This document shows, in pieces, positions 1 to 12,087 of a stretch of 64,000 nt of DNA (positions are counted from its first letter, which is position 1; each line of letters starts with the position of its first letter). The DNA is taken from contig CAVTET010000015.1 in the NCBI GenBank assembly GCA_963733675.1, forward strand, positions 10,888 to 74,887, given 5' to 3'. The notes below the pieces were generated by a model that saw only the letters and a list, made by a program, of their open reading frames with translations, was not told where the DNA came from and did not search any database. Source of the DNA: an uncultured Methanosarcinaceae archaeon (lineage in GTDB: Archaea > Halobacteriota > Methanosarcinia > Methanosarcinales > Methanosarcinaceae). Made by a program: the position numbers and the translations under genes.

Positions 1-124
1 AAGTTAAATAAAAATAATTAAGTTAATTTTAAGACGAATCCAAGTTATATTAATGAATAAATTAGGACTTGAATAAGAATGAAATTGGGAAGAGAAACAG
101 AAGACAAACGGGAGGTGAGCAAAC

Positions 125-238
125 TTGCCGGAGAAAGAAACAGTAGAAAGAAAGAAGTTCTCATGTCCTGTGTGCCAGATGACTTTTGCAACAAAAGAAG
201 AGTATGAAAAGCATAAGATAGAAAAACATAACAGATGA
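125..238 (+). CDS. 37-aa C2H2 zinc-finger microprotein (not in ORF track)
   Basis: GGAGGTGA SD at 111-118, TTG start at 125, TGA at 236-238. Translation MPEKETVERKKFSCPVCQMTFATKEEYEKHKIEKHNR fits F-x-C-x2-C-x3-F-x8-H-x4-H. Confidence 0.8.
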   Translation: MPEKETVERKKFSCPVCQMTFATKEEYEKHKIEKHNR

Positions 239-635
239 AATGATAAGTTGCAGATTTAGAATACAGTTAAACGGAAAAAGGTGTTTGAGAAAGGAACTTG
301 GAATAATAGGGATTTGTAAAATATGGGGAAATATTGCCCTTTAATGCAAGTAAAAGGAGATAATAGTCATCAGAAAAGCAACGATATCAAAACTCTATAT
401 CATCGTTTCTTTGTAAAATAAGTTTGTTTGACAACAAGCCATTAGTTGGGAATGTGATTTGATTTAAGGAAATCTATTGAGTACACTCCGATTCCCAAAA
501 TCAATAAGTAAGACCCGAGGCATACTCCATACTTTAAGGTGGGGTGGCCACATTCAATTTGCTTTAACACCGTTAATAAGAAAGTTTCCATCTCCGTAGC
601 ATGGTGCAGGATATTCGACTAAAAGGAACAGTTAA

Positions 636-724
636 GAGGATTTTGATAAATCCCATTTTTATGGTTGATTTTTTATAACTGATTTATAAGTAATTTGTGA
701 ACTTAGAGGTTTATCGAAATTCTC
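636..724. mobile_element. 89-bp MITE with IS5-type TIRs and TTAA target duplication
   Basis: Left end GAGGATTTTGATAAATCCC; right end GAGGTTTATCGAAATTCTC (imperfect inverted repeat); TTAA at 632-635 and 725-728. Confidence 0.75.
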
Positions 725-782
725 TTAAGCTTCTTTAAATAAACGACCATAAAATTTTAAAAGAAACAAAAATTCGGCTTTT

Positions 783-2212
783 TCAATCTTCAAGCCCAAT
801 TTTTTTCAGGAAATGGTGATAGTGTTCCAGTGGCATTCGCGAGTAGAAGACTCTGGTTACAACCTCACTCAGTGAGGGATGGATGTACATACCGCGCATT
901 ATTGGTTCTGCACTTCTTGATTCCGTATACATAAGAGAGATTATCTGATGAATAAGGATTGAGGCATGAGACCCTATAATATATGCTCCGAGAATCTTCT
1001 CTTCCTCTTCATATAGAATTACCTTTACAAAGTAGTCCTTTATCTCCATGGCCCTGCCCTTTGCAGTATCCTCAAAGAGTTTGAGACCTATGAACACTCT
1101 ATCTTTCCCATATTTTTTTATGGCTTTCTGCTCCCCCATACCTACCCCTGCAATCTCAGGATAGGAAAAGACTGCATGCGGTATGGCATGGTAGTCTACC
1201 TTCACTTTTTCTTTCAGGATGGCATTAAGGTAAACTATTCCTGACTCATAGTTTCCAACGTGCTTGAACAGATAATTTCCATTTGCATCTCCAAAAGCCC
1301 AGATATTTGGCTGGGACGTTTCAAGATATTCATTTACTCGAATCCAGCCCTGTAAGTCTGTTTTGATTTCGGCCTTTTCAGGATGGAGGATGTCGGTATT
1401 TGGAACTCTGCCTGTTGCCACGAGGATTTCATCTGCAGTAACCTTGACCTCTTCTCTCGAATTTTGTTCCTTTGCAACAATGATCTTCTGCCCGTTATCT
1501 TCTTTTCTAACTTCTATGGCTTCATAATTCGTAAGGATCTTTATGTACTCCGACATTTTTATCCCGGCAAGTTTGGAGATTTCAGGCTCTTCCTGAGGAA
1601 GAAACCTGGAGTTTCTTCCGATGATCGTGACCTCAGCCCCCATAGCCTCAAAAAAATGGCCATACTCGACTGCAATATAACTCCCTCCAAGAATGGCTAG
1701 ACTTCGGGGGCATTCATTTAACTGGAGAACAGTATCGCTTGTGAGATAACCAGCTTCTTCAAGCCCTTCAACAGGCGGGATTTCAGACCTTGAGCCCGTA
1801 CACAGGAAAATCATCTTCGAATAAAGCGTTTTATCCCCCACTTTTAGAGTATAAGGAGAAATGAATTCAGCAATGTCATGATAATAGTCAAGGTACAGGT
1901 TTTCGGTTAATACATTCCTCCTCGCTTCTATGCATTCCCATATTTTTCCCCTCATCCTCTCCATGATCGCAAGGAAATCAATGTCCTTTATCTCAGCCAT
2001 TATCCCAAAAAGAGATGCAGTTCCCAGTTCCCTGATGAGTTCTGCAGAGTAGAGTAATATTTTTGAAGGAATACACCCCCAGTGAGGCAGATTCCTCCTG
2101 GTTCGTCTTTATCGATAACAGCAATTTTCATTTCCGGATTTGAATCGATGATAAGATCTAGGTAGTTCATTGCAGAACCTGTGCCTATCATAATCAGATC
2201 GTAATTTTCCAT
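783..2212 (-). pseudogene. Dihydrolipoamide dehydrogenase / pyridine nucleotide-disulfide oxidoreductase, split by one frameshift
   Basis: N-terminal IGTGSA...GGICLT in ORF 2000-2212. The shifted frame continues GCIPSKILLYSAE into ORF 783-2000 (ILGGSYIAVE, ATGRVPN, AFGD, C-terminal HPSLSE). Frameshift lies in a G5 run at about 2076-2080. Confidence 0.85.
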
Positions 2213-2409
2213 TCTTGCCCCTCACAGTAAATACAAAATTGATTTATTAAGATTCTATTTATTATTCCAGTATATTTAAGACCCGATACTCTTAGCCAGA
2301 TTGGGTAAATTCAATGCTGAGTTCACCCTACTTACAAGATAAAAAATTATATGTTATATAATCGTCAATTTATTTAGATTAAGAGATAAAATTGAATTGG
2401 AAAGATAAA

Positions 2410-2878
2410 ATGGATCTCAAAAAAGCAATAAAAATAGGATTTGCTTGCTCAATTCTTTGTTTAATGGGATTATGTTTCGTAGGGTTCGCAATTGCAGTAG
2501 ATAGCGGACCTTGTTATTATGATTAGAAATGATATGCGACATCTCATATAGGCTAATATACGACTGCCTCATAAGGTTATGAATATATAGTTAGAACTTG
2601 ATATCTTCAAAACGATGGTGGTCAAAGTATAAACAACAAGTCCAAGCGATAGGAATTTGATTGCAGATGGACTCAAGTATGAACATGATACCAGTATGTT
2701 TGATAATTCTATTGGCTATCAATATATAGAAATTGTTAAAGGTAGGAATATAGAAACAAAAATAGTATACCGTGTTAAAGGAAAGCCGACAAATATTCAT
2801 TTATAATTTGATGGAATCTGGGATATAGGTCCGACTTTTAAAGAGATTAACCATTACGTGAATCGAACTTCACTGTAA
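2410..2878 (+). pseudogene. Decayed secreted or membrane-anchored protein gene
   Basis: ATG followed by a signal-peptide-like MDLKKAIKIGFACSILCLMGLCFVGFAIA, then coding-like sequence broken by several stops and a frameshift. Confidence 0.45.
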
Positions 2879-3000
2879 TTGGTTTGAGAAACTGCAGCTC
2901 ATGTACTTCAAAATGACAAAGTACTTCTCTTTTACAGAGCCGATATATTATTTTCAATCTCAATTGATTGGGATGGAATCATGAATTTTGGGTGATTTTT

Positions 3001-3097
3001 GGGGATATTTGATAGCTAGAGCCCACCCATACTCTATTATGTTATCATAAATAGTATAGAAGTGACTCGTGAAAATCAAATATTTATTGAAATCCTC
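3001..3097. mobile_element. Degenerate copy of the IS5-derived MITE
   Basis: Shares TGACTCGTGAAAATCA and a right TIR (TTTATTGAAATCCTC) with the copy at 11268-11356. Confidence 0.55.
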
Positions 3098-3142
3098 AAC
3101 GATTTTATATAACAGAGTTACAGCTAACATATGTTATCGGTT

Positions 3143-5293
3143 TCATTCTATCATAAATCTTGTAAAACTTCCATATGCTTCTAAAATTTCTTCTAAGGAG
3201 AATGAAATCTCGAAATCTTTTCCTCTGATTTCCAGGACATCGCCTCCTACCTTGCCGATTACAGTACAAGGTACAGCCTCTAGGATTTCCTTCACAGCTT
3301 CTGGCTCGGCTGTAGCAAGCAAAGCTCTTGCGGGTGATTCTGAAAACAAAAGCTCATCAGCCTTCATTTCTCCAATTTTACTCAGATCTATCTTTGCACA
3401 GAATTTTTTGCACATCCTTGCGAGTCCAACACCGATTCCTCCTAAGGAAATGTCATGAGCCGAACTGAGTTTTCCACTCTTAGCAGTTTTGATTATAGCT
3501 TTTATTATTTCAGGGGCGTTTTTTGGGACTGAAGGCACTTTTCCTGTGTTATTAACTCCTAAACAGGCATAATACTCAGAACCTCCCATTTCTGGGGTTG
3601 TTTCTCCCACTAGGATAATTGTATCCCCGGATTTTACAAAGAACCCTGATGGAAGAGAAGTTTCGAGATCTACTTTCCCCATCATCCCTATTGAGGGAGT
3701 AGGGGGAATTGAAGTTCTGAACTCATCGCTTTCGTTGTAAAGAGACACATTTCCTCCTACTATCGGAATAGAAAGTTCCCTAGCCCCATCTCCAAGGCCA
3801 GATACAGCGCTTTTGAATTGCCAGTAAACTTCTGGACTTTCAGGGTTCCCAAAGTTCAGACAATTTACAATGGCGAGTCCCTCTGCACCTTTCACTGCAA
3901 GGTTCATAGCATTTTCGATTATTGCCGTTTTTCCTCCCGAATAAGGATCAAGAAGTGTAGCTCTGGGTTGGCAGCCACAGGAGAGTACGATTCCTTTTTT
4001 AGATGTAATCCTAAGTACTCCCGAGTCTTCTCCGGGTTTGGCAACTGTTCTCAACTGAATCTCATGGTCATATTGTTTGTAGATCCATTCTTTTGAGGAG
4101 ATGTTATGTGAGGACAAGACTTCCAGAAAAATTGTCTTTAAATCTTCCGGAGTTTCATATTTTTTGCTCTCTCCTTCCATCTCAAGAACAGGAGCCTGGG
4201 AAGATTTCTCACAGGTAGGAGCTCCTCCAGTCAAAAAATATATCGGTAGATCTGCAACGATTTCTCCTCTAAACTCAACAATATACCTGGGTTCTTCTGT
4301 CAGGTATCCCACTACAGCTCCATTAAGGTCATATTTCTCTGCCAGATAAAGTACGTCATCAACATTTTCAGGGGATACTTCAAAGAGCATACGTTCCTGA
4401 GACTCGGAAAGCAATATTTCATAGGGTTTCATGTCGAGTTCTCTCTGAGGTACGGCATCTGTAATAATATGGACTCCTAAACCTCCCTTTGCAGCCAACT
4501 CCGAACTTGCTCCACCCAAGCCTGCAGCTCCAAGATCCTTGCAGGATTTTATATAGCCATTTTCTATGGCTTCCAGGGTCATTTCTATAAGAAGTTTTTC
4601 TGAATATGGATCTCCGATCTGGACACTGGGACGGTCTTCGGACTCTGCTGATTTACAGAGATCTCTGGAAGCAAAGGAAGCTCCACAAAGCCCATCTTTT
4701 CCAGTGCTTGAGCCTGCAAGTACAAGCTTGTTTCCAGCTTTTTGTGAGCTAGAAGTTATGATATTTTTCTCCTTACCCAGTCCTACTGCAATTACATTCA
4801 CCAATGGATTCCCACGATATCTACTGTCAAAGAAAGTCTCACCGTTGACTACAGGCACTCCTATACAATTTCCATACCCTGCAATTCCCTTAATGATCTG
4901 CTCGAAAAAGAAGACATTTTTTTGGGTGTCTAGAGACCCAAGGTAGAGAGGGTCCATAAGGGCTATAGGGCGAGCTCCCATGGAAATTATATCCCTTACA
5001 ATGCCTCCTACACCGGTAGCTGCTCCGTTGTAGGGGTCAACATATGAAGGATGGTTGTGACTTTCCATACCGATTGCTAGCACATATCCATCTTCGAATC
5101 TAATTACTGCGGCATCGTCTCCGGGGCCGATAATCACGTTTTTTCCCTTAGTAGTAAAGGTTTTTAGGAGAGGGGCACTTGAGCGGTAGGAACAGTGTTC
5201 GCTCCACATATTTAAAAAACAACCCTGTTCTACCAGGGTAGGCTCTCTCCCGAGTTCTTTTATAATGATCTTCAGATCTTCTTCAGGTAACAT
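3143..5293 (-). CDS. purL: Phosphoribosylformylglycinamidine synthase subunit PurL
   Basis: [63 protein letters not shown] motifs. Confidence 0.97.
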   Translation of the reverse strand: MLPEEDLKIIIKELGREPTLVEQGCFLNMWSEHCSYRSSAPLLKTFTTKGKNVIIGPGDDAAVIRFEDGYVLAIGMESHNHPSYVDPYNGAATGVGGIVRDIISMGARPIALMDPLYLGSLDTQKNVFFFEQIIKGIAGYGNCIGVPVVNGETFFDSRYRGNPLVNVIAVGLGKEKNIITSSSQKAGNKLVLAGSSTGKDGLCGASFASRDLCKSAESEDRPSVQIGDPYSEKLLIEMTLEAIENGYIKSCKDLGAAGLGGASSELAAKGGLGVHIITDAVPQRELDMKPYEILLSESQERMLFEVSPENVDDVLYLAEKYDLNGAVVGYLTEEPRYIVEFRGEIVADLPIYFLTGGAPTCEKSSQAPVLEMEGESKKYETPEDLKTIFLEVLSSHNISSKEWIYKQYDHEIQLRTVAKPGEDSGVLRITSKKGIVLSCGCQPRATLLDPYSGGKTAIIENAMNLAVKGAEGLAIVNCLNFGNPESPEVYWQFKSAVSGLGDGARELSIPIVGGNVSLYNESDEFRTSIPPTPSIGMMGKVDLETSLPSGFFVKSGDTIILVGETTPEMGGSEYYACLGVNNTGKVPSVPKNAPEIIKAIIKTAKSGKLSSAHDISLGGIGVGLARMCKKFCAKIDLSKIGEMKADELLFSESPARALLATAEPEAVKEILEAVPCTVIGKVGGDVLEIRGKDFEISFSLEEILEAYGSFTRFMIE

Positions 5294-5677
5294 TGCATTG
5301 CCTCTGATTCTTTGAGCATTTCTTTAATCCCGGACATTGTTCGTGAGTTATTGATAAAATATGAAAAATGAGTATATTTCACATTTTTTGGGAAAATGTA
5401 GAGAGAATCTCATAGCTACAATTTTCAAAAACTCATGAACACAACAGAATTATAAAGCCTCGGTTTTTTTTCTGATAATCATTCTCTGAAAGTTCAGAGT
5501 TTTTAGTTAGCTTTAATAGACTATCCCGACATAAGGGATAAGAATTAGATAAATATTTCTTTGCTACCCGGATTGCTCTTCATGAGTACGCAGTCTTTAT
5601 CCTTAAGCTCGAGGGGAAGAATTTATAAATTTACAGCTTTAGTATATTCTTTCATGTTTACCATGGTAATGATATTG

Positions 5678-6532
5678 GGTTCAGTTGCAAAAACTTCAAC
5701 AAAATATGTAAATCTATAAGTAATTAATAAAAATCAAAATATTCCAGAAAAATGTACTAACATTATAAAGCTATACCAAATAATTGATTAATGTATTTGA
5801 CTTCATTAAGAACAGAGTAATTTAGATCGATTACTTGTCCTTTTTTGATCATATTTATAGCTTCAATTCCTTTTAAGGTTTTATTAGCAGATCGAAAAGA
5901 CTGAAATCCTAACATTGGATTAACGATTCTCTTTATAGATCTGTGATCTTGTTCTATAATGTTATTCAAATACTTAATTTGTCTAATTTCAACATTTTTA
6001 GGTAGTATTTTATCATTTTTCAGTTTATCTATAGCAGGTGGATAAGCTGGATTCTTATCAACGGTTATTAATCTTGGAATTTGATTATGATTAGAACTCA
6101 AAGCTTTCTTAAAGAATCTCTTCGCTGCCTTTCTATCTCGTTTTGAACTTAACATGAAATCAATTGTATCTCCATTTGAGTCAACTGCTCGGTAAAAATA
6201 TTTCCATTTACCTTTTACTTTGATATAGGTTTCATCAACTCTCCACGAATCATTTGTTGGTCTTAAATGTCTTCTTATCTTCTTTTCTAGTTCAGGGGAA
6301 TATTGATGTACCCATCTCATGATTGTTGTATGGTCGACTTTTACTCCCCTTTCTGCCATCATTTCCTTTAAATTTCTATAACTTAATGCATATTTTAAGT
6401 ACCATCTTACATTCAATAAGATAATTTCCCCTTCATAATGCTTCCATTTAAAGGAATTAGATAGCATGTTACTATCTTTGGTTTTCTTTTTATTCTATTG
6501 TATCATTAGAAAGGATTTTTTGCAACGGAACC
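5678..6532 (-). mobile_element. IS6-family insertion sequence, copy 1 (855 bp, no TSD)
   Basis: TIRs GGTTCAGTTGCAAAAA and TTTTTGCAACGGAACC; encodes a 234-aa DDE transposase; flanking 8-mers differ (TGATATTG vs TTTATAAG). Confidence 0.95.
5763..6467 (-). CDS. IS6-family transposase
   Basis: VRWYLKYALSYRNL, VDHTTIMRWV, WRVDETYIKVKGKW, TVDKNPAY, LNNIIEQDHR motifs. Confidence 0.96.
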   Translation of the reverse strand: MLSNSFKWKHYEGEIILLNVRWYLKYALSYRNLKEMMAERGVKVDHTTIMRWVHQYSPELEKKIRRHLRPTNDSWRVDETYIKVKGKWKYFYRAVDSNGDTIDFMLSSKRDRKAAKRFFKKALSSNHNQIPRLITVDKNPAYPPAIDKLKNDKILPKNVEIRQIKYLNNIIEQDHRSIKRIVNPMLGFQSFRSANKTLKGIEAINMIKKGQVIDLNYSVLNEVKYINQLFGIAL

Positions 6533-7033
6533 TTTATAAGCATATGACAAAATTATGGAGTTTATTGAAATCCTCTAAAGCATTATGAAATTCTTTATAG
6601 CGATAATTTGCTCCATCAAGTAAAAGTATTATAGCAACGATATTACATAATTTATAAGTAAGACAACAAACTGGCTGTGTTTATACTAAACTTCTTCATC
6701 ATGCTCGATGGCTACATTTCCTTAAATAATTTGCATGATATTTTTTGATTTGTAGAACTGGTTTCGGAACTAACGAGATTCCAAAATAGTATTTTAATGT
6801 AAGGATATAGATAGATTTAGAACTTATTAAGAAATATTATCTAATTGTTGAAGTGCTAGTAAGACTACATATAAAGAAACAACATATTGAATACCTGTCT
6901 TAAAAGTGGTGAAAATCACCTTCAAACGATTTGTATAAGATGACACATAATATGGGTGCATGCAGCGCATGAGACAGAGCTGACACAAATTTGTTTATAT
7001 TTCAGGATGCAGTTATAATAAAGATGATTAAAA

Positions 7034-7288
7034 ATGAAATTAGATAATATAATACGTTGTTTCATAATAGCTTGTCTCATATTAATTATAGCAGTACTTA
7101 TAGAGGCAGCTTATTTTGGATTAAATCAAAAGAACACTTATTACATCAATAACACAGTTTATTCTATTACTGCTCCATTTGTCAATAATTTTTCAGATAT
7201 ATGCAGCCAACAAAATATAATAATACTTGCTATAATATTTACCATTAGTTTCATGATAACCTTAAATCTGATCTCAAAAAGAGAATAA
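7034..7288 (+). CDS. Small hypothetical membrane protein (two predicted TM segments)
   Basis: 84-aa ORF with two hydrophobic stretches; no recognisable family. Confidence 0.45.
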   Translation: MKLDNIIRCFIIACLILIIAVLIEAAYFGLNQKNTYYINNTVYSITAPFVNNFSDICSQQNIIILAIIFTISFMITLNLISKRE

Positions 7289-8911
7289 TCTCAAAAATGC
7301 GTGGCTAAAAACAAGTTTATAAATTGCAGCCATAATTTGACAACGATGATTTTTAGGTTCCAATCCTCAAATTATTAAATTTGGATAGAGGTACCCAGTC
7401 TTACGTATGGCATAAAATTAAAATTCATTACTATTCTTTCATAGAGTTAGTCCTGTAAAAGGCAATCGTTATCCGTACTATAGCCCCAAACTTTTTTTTG
7501 TAATAATTCACAAAAAAAGATAGTACATGATCCAGTACTTTTAGATTGCTCGCAGTTAAAACAATCTTTAGGCTTCATATTCCCCCAATAGGCAATGTTA
7601 AATTTATAACTCAATCAGTAACTTTTGTATCAATCATTCGAATGTTTCACCATTTTAAACTCCAATCTTCATTTAGTGACTTTTGCTGCGAAGTAGTGTT
7701 GTATACTTTAAGATTTGTTATTTTCACAATATGTCCTTAATAACATATATATAAATTTATATAACCACACATTGATGCACATAAATACACATGGATTCAC
7801 ATCATACCATAAAATATAATTCAAATAGATCTACAATTTCAACAAATTGCATAGATATGCACTATAAACAACCATCTTAGATGTAAAATTCATCAAAATT
7901 TTTATAGAGAAACTTGCAGTGATATGTTTGTAATCTCTATAAACTCTAGAATTTGTCGCCACAAATGTTGAAGTTGATTACTGATGCTGATACTTTTTCA
8001 TAATTTTCAAGACGTACTTCGTAAAAATTAAGTTGAGTTACTTCCTGAAGCTAGTCAATTCTTTGTCTTAAAGCAGCATCTTTAAGGTTAGCTTAAATTA
8101 TTTGAGGACAAACAAGTCCTTCAATTGCAAAGTGATCAAAGTACTGGGAATATATGTGGAAGTAACTGTTAGTGGAACTTAAACAATTGAAAAAAATCGT
8201 TTATATATCTATTATATACAATTTATATGAATATTACATATTTTAGGGGTCTATCGAGATCCTCTGTAAACTATATCCTTTGATGGCATTGAAAATAAAA
8301 AAAGTGTTATAAGGATATCAGAAGCTATCCTTAAAATCAAAGAACAGTGGGCCTGAAAAAGGAAAAATTGGCAAAATATAGACATTGCCAAGAAAAATAT
8401 GAATCTGAATCCCGCGGAAAAAAGAAATCAATCGAAATCCTCTATAATTAAAAATAGGATTATCTGGAAAAATTTTTATTTTTGGTATATTTTTACCTTA
8501 GATCGTTGGTTGCATATTCAAGAGAATTGGTGGAAGGTGCTGCAACATGAAACAAAATATTATGCTCTTTTTGATAGCGATAGGTTGCTTCATCAGATAA
8601 AGTAATTATATCAACTATACTGCATAATTTCGAAGATACAGACAGTAAACTGGCTTTGTTTATACAATAAGTAAAATCATTCTTCGTTATGCTAATCAAT
8701 GACTTAATTACCGTATTAATTTTCTTGATATTTCCCTCATTTGTATAAATGGTTTCGGAACTGATGATATTTGAAAACACTGATACTCTTCTGATTTATA
8801 GAACTGATTCCAGAACTAACTAAATTCTGAAATGCTATAATTGCAGGAAAGCACTGGGAAAGCCAGATGATATCCTGAAAAGTCCACTAAAAAGAAAAAT
8901 AGAATATAAGT

Positions 8912-9841
8912 TTAGGGATCAGACATAGTGTCAAAGAGCCCTGCTACGAATTCTGCCAGTTTCTTGCTTTTCTCAGTTGAGGTCATAAGGATGTCGGCAC
9001 GATATGCACGGCATCCAAGCTTCTCAAATGCGAATTCATCTGTCAGGTCACTTTCATCGAAAACAATAATGTCAAGAAAATCTTGATAATACTCAACAAC
9101 TCCCATAGATGAAACCTCGAGCCCACAGGCCTGCATCAGCTTTCCAGCAGGTCCGCTTACTGGGGAATTACCAATAATGGGGCTTACGGCCACAACTTTC
9201 TTCTTTTTCAGTAAACTTTTCATTCCGGGCAACGAGATAATTGGACCTATACTCGTAATTGGGTTACTTGGCCCTATGAGAACATTATCATCATTTTCAA
9301 GGGCTTCAAGTACTTTTGGAGAAATTGAAGCTTCTGAGACTCCCCTTATATCGACTCCCATTACATCGGGTTTACCATGTTTTCCAACCCAGAAGTCCTG
9401 AAAATGCATAATTCCTTCAAAAGTTTCTACATAAGTTGATACAGGATCATTAGACATGGACAAAATCTGTGCATTAATTCCAAAAATGGAAGCGAGTTTT
9501 AGAGTTGCCTCTGTGAGGGATACTCCATTTCTGACAAGATTCGAGCGAATAATATGGGTCGCACGATCTCTATCACCAATTTTCATTCTTTCCGGGACTC
9601 CGAGTTCTCTCATCCGCTCATAAGTCTCAAATGAGTCGTTATTTATTCCCCACCATTTTTTTCTGTCAATCTGATCTGAGAATAGGTAGAGCACAGTATC
9701 TACATCAGGAGATATTAAGTTTCCCGAAACCCATAGGTCTTCGCCAGTATTTACAACAATGGTCAGTTCCTCTGGTGGGAGGATTTCCTTAAGTCCGTCA
9801 AGAAGTTTTGGGGTTCCAGTGCCGCCTGAAAATATGATCAC
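8912..9841 (-). CDS. cofD: 2-phospho-L-lactate transferase (coenzyme F420 biosynthesis)
   Basis: SGGTGTPKLL, VVNTGED, SPDVDTVLY, GDRDRATH, HFQDFWV, GPSNPITSIGPI, VSGPAGKLM. Confidence 0.95.
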   Translation of the reverse strand: MIIFSGGTGTPKLLDGLKEILPPEELTIVVNTGEDLWVSGNLISPDVDTVLYLFSDQIDRKKWWGINNDSFETYERMRELGVPERMKIGDRDRATHIIRSNLVRNGVSLTEATLKLASIFGINAQILSMSNDPVSTYVETFEGIMHFQDFWVGKHGKPDVMGVDIRGVSEASISPKVLEALENDDNVLIGPSNPITSIGPIISLPGMKSLLKKKKVVAVSPIIGNSPVSGPAGKLMQACGLEVSSMGVVEYYQDFLDIIVFDESDLTDEFAFEKLGCRAYRADILMTSTEKSKKLAEFVAGLFDTMSDP

Positions 9842-9954
9842 TATAATTCCTTTTTCTGGTTTTTTTCCAATTTAGGGTAGAAGGTATTTCTGTAAATTTT
9901 GCAGTACCATAGTGATAGTAACAGCGATATATAATGGCGTCTGTCTAAATAATA

Positions 9955-11151
9955 ATGAAGGTTGTCCTTGACCCAATACATGGTTACATTGAACTGGATG
10001 ATTTTGTCCAGGAACTTCTTTCCACTCCTCAGATGCAGCGCCTAAGAAGAATCAGGCAGCTTGGTTTTTCAAACCTTGTCTATCCCGGAGCTAATCATAA
10101 TCGCTTTGAACATTCTCTTGGAACAATGAACCTTGCCTCTATGCTAATCAAGAATCTTGACTCAATTGAAGATGACAAAAAAACTGAGATAAAAATCGCA
10201 TCACTTTTGCATGATATTGGACATGGACCTTTTTCCCATGTTACAGAAAATATTATTGACAAGTACACACGACATAGGCATGATGATCTAAAGGAAATAC
10301 TGGTAAAAGGGGAAATAGGAGAAATATTGAAAAAATGGGGTTTTTCTCCAAAAACTCTTGCAAAACACATCAAAGGGGAAACTTCTCTAGGCCAGATTAT
10401 TAGCAGTGAGATTGATGTAGACAAAATGGATTATCTTGTCCGAGATGCTCATTACACAGGCGTCGCTTTCGGAGTAGTGGATTACAACCGTCTGATTAAT
10501 CAGTTGGATTTTTACGAAGACAGGCTCGTTGTAGAACATGGAGGTTTGAAAGCTGCTGAATCACTCCTTGTTTCACGTTTTTGGATGAACACATCTGTTT
10601 ACTATCACCATGTAACCAGAATCTCGGAATCAATGTGCTCTAAAGCAGTTGAGTATATGATAGAAAACCAGGAGCTTGATCCTTCGAAACTTAGACAAAT
10701 TGATGACATAGATCTTGTTGCAGCCATGAGAAATGCCACAGGATATGCAGGGGAAATTGCCAGATTGCTAGATGCCCGTAAACTCTATAAAAGGGCACTA
10801 TATGTAGGGTTGGAAGATGTAGAAAAAGGTGTACTTAAACACCGCGACAAAATTCAGAGAGCGGAAAACGAAATTGCAGAACATGCAGGGGTTGATCCTC
10901 AATACGTGCTTGTGGATATTCCTAAAACACCTGAAATGTTAGAAATGCGGGCGATGATAAAGACTGACCATAGAATGATCCCACTTAATGAGGCTTCTCA
11001 TTTCGTATCAATTCTTCAAGAAGCCCATATGGAAAACTGGAGAATGGGGGTATATAGCCCTAAAGAACACTCTAAAGTTGTGGGAAAGGCCGCAAAAGAT
11101 TACTTTGAGGTTAAGAAATCCACAAAACAATTTAAACTGACTGATCTATGA
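9955..11151 (+). CDS. HD-domain phosphohydrolase (dNTPase/SAMHD1-like family)
   Basis: DPIHG, QRLRRIRQLG, HNRFEHSLG, LLHDIGHGPFSH, DVDKMDYLVRDAHYTG. Confidence 0.92.
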   Translation: MKVVLDPIHGYIELDDFVQELLSTPQMQRLRRIRQLGFSNLVYPGANHNRFEHSLGTMNLASMLIKNLDSIEDDKKTEIKIASLLHDIGHGPFSHVTENIIDKYTRHRHDDLKEILVKGEIGEILKKWGFSPKTLAKHIKGETSLGQIISSEIDVDKMDYLVRDAHYTGVAFGVVDYNRLINQLDFYEDRLVVEHGGLKAAESLLVSRFWMNTSVYYHHVTRISESMCSKAVEYMIENQELDPSKLRQIDDIDLVAAMRNATGYAGEIARLLDARKLYKRALYVGLEDVEKGVLKHRDKIQRAENEIAEHAGVDPQYVLVDIPKTPEMLEMRAMIKTDHRMIPLNEASHFVSILQEAHMENWRMGVYSPKEHSKVVGKAAKDYFEVKKSTKQFKLTDL

Positions 11152-11267
11152 GATAAATCAAATTGAGTACTTCCACCTCAACTTAAAGGATGTAGCATCC
11201 TTCAGGCAACCTTTTCAGTTTGTTAAAACTCAGAAATCATTGATTCTTGTTTGACCACTTTTCATTA

Positions 11268-11356
11268 TAGGATTTCGACAAATCCCTAAATCTCGTTCTG
11301 TTTTTATAAATGGTATATATTTGACTCGTGAAAATCAGGGGTTTATCTAGATCTTC
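11268..11356. mobile_element. 89-bp IS5-derived MITE copy
   Basis: TAGGATTTCGACAAATCCC ... GGGGTTTATCTAGATCTTC; same length as the copy at 636-724. Confidence 0.7.
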
Positions 11357-11399
11357 TTTAATCTAGGTTATCTAAATTCTGCTGTCGGTTTCCCCCCAT

Positions 11400-11770
11400 A
11401 TCTATGAATATAGTTTTTATTATGCTAGCAGGCACACCTTCAACAGATTAATCAAAATTGCTACTTGATCATAGACTTTCATATAAATGTCGTTTTTTCA
11501 GTCAAGGATGAAGTTTAGAAAGTCTGTAAGAACTACCTTCTTTCAAGTATTGAACTACAGTTGATAGATATTTGCTTGCATTGGATTCTAGGAAATAAAT
11601 GAACATGATCTTTTACCATTTCCAAAGTATGAATTTTGTATATTTGTTTCATAAAAATAATATAAATGGCAGTACTTTTTAATTCAATTATTATAGAGTA
11701 TGTTTTCTCGATACGTAGGTACTAAAACTATGTGGTAGGTGATCTGATTATAGCCATGGATAAAGTTGTT
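11400..11770 (-). pseudogene. IS200/IS605-family TnpA (Y1 transposase) remnant
   Basis: Minus-strand fragments HGYNQITYHIVLVPTYR...DHVHLF...VVQYLKEGSSYRL (HuH motif), with stops and frameshifts. Confidence 0.75.
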
Positions 11771-11894
11771 TGATTCCAACGCTTGTCACATTTCGGTCAG
11801 AGATGTGACACATTTCTTACAATGTTCCAAAAAAAACTTATTTTAAGAAGAAGCGATGATTTAGAGGGTTAAACTAAAACAAAAAAAGTGAGGA

Positions 11895-11945
11895 GTCACT
11901 TCATCCCCTTACCTAAAGGAAGGGGTATTTATGATCTTCCGCATT
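11895..11945. repeat. IS200/IS605-type terminal hairpin
   Basis: TCATCCCCTTACCTAAAGGAAGGGGT stem-loop upstream of the TnpA remnant. Weaker look-alikes at about 520-550 and 11170-11205. Confidence 0.5.
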
Positions 11946-12087
11946 CCATAAGTAATAAACAAAAACTAGGAATTTTTCAAGCAGAGTTCAAAACTTTAAG
12001 AGACGTAGATTAATGGACTTCTAACAAAATATATAACAAGCATAATTAATCATAGAATCAAAAGCTAGAGATGCTGGTGTAGGAATT

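Noticed and set aside
3069-4946. Antisense ORFs over purL, and similar ones over cofD, purH, lysA, the bio genes and the GTs
   Set aside because: They are shadow frames of well-supported genes and show no motifs.
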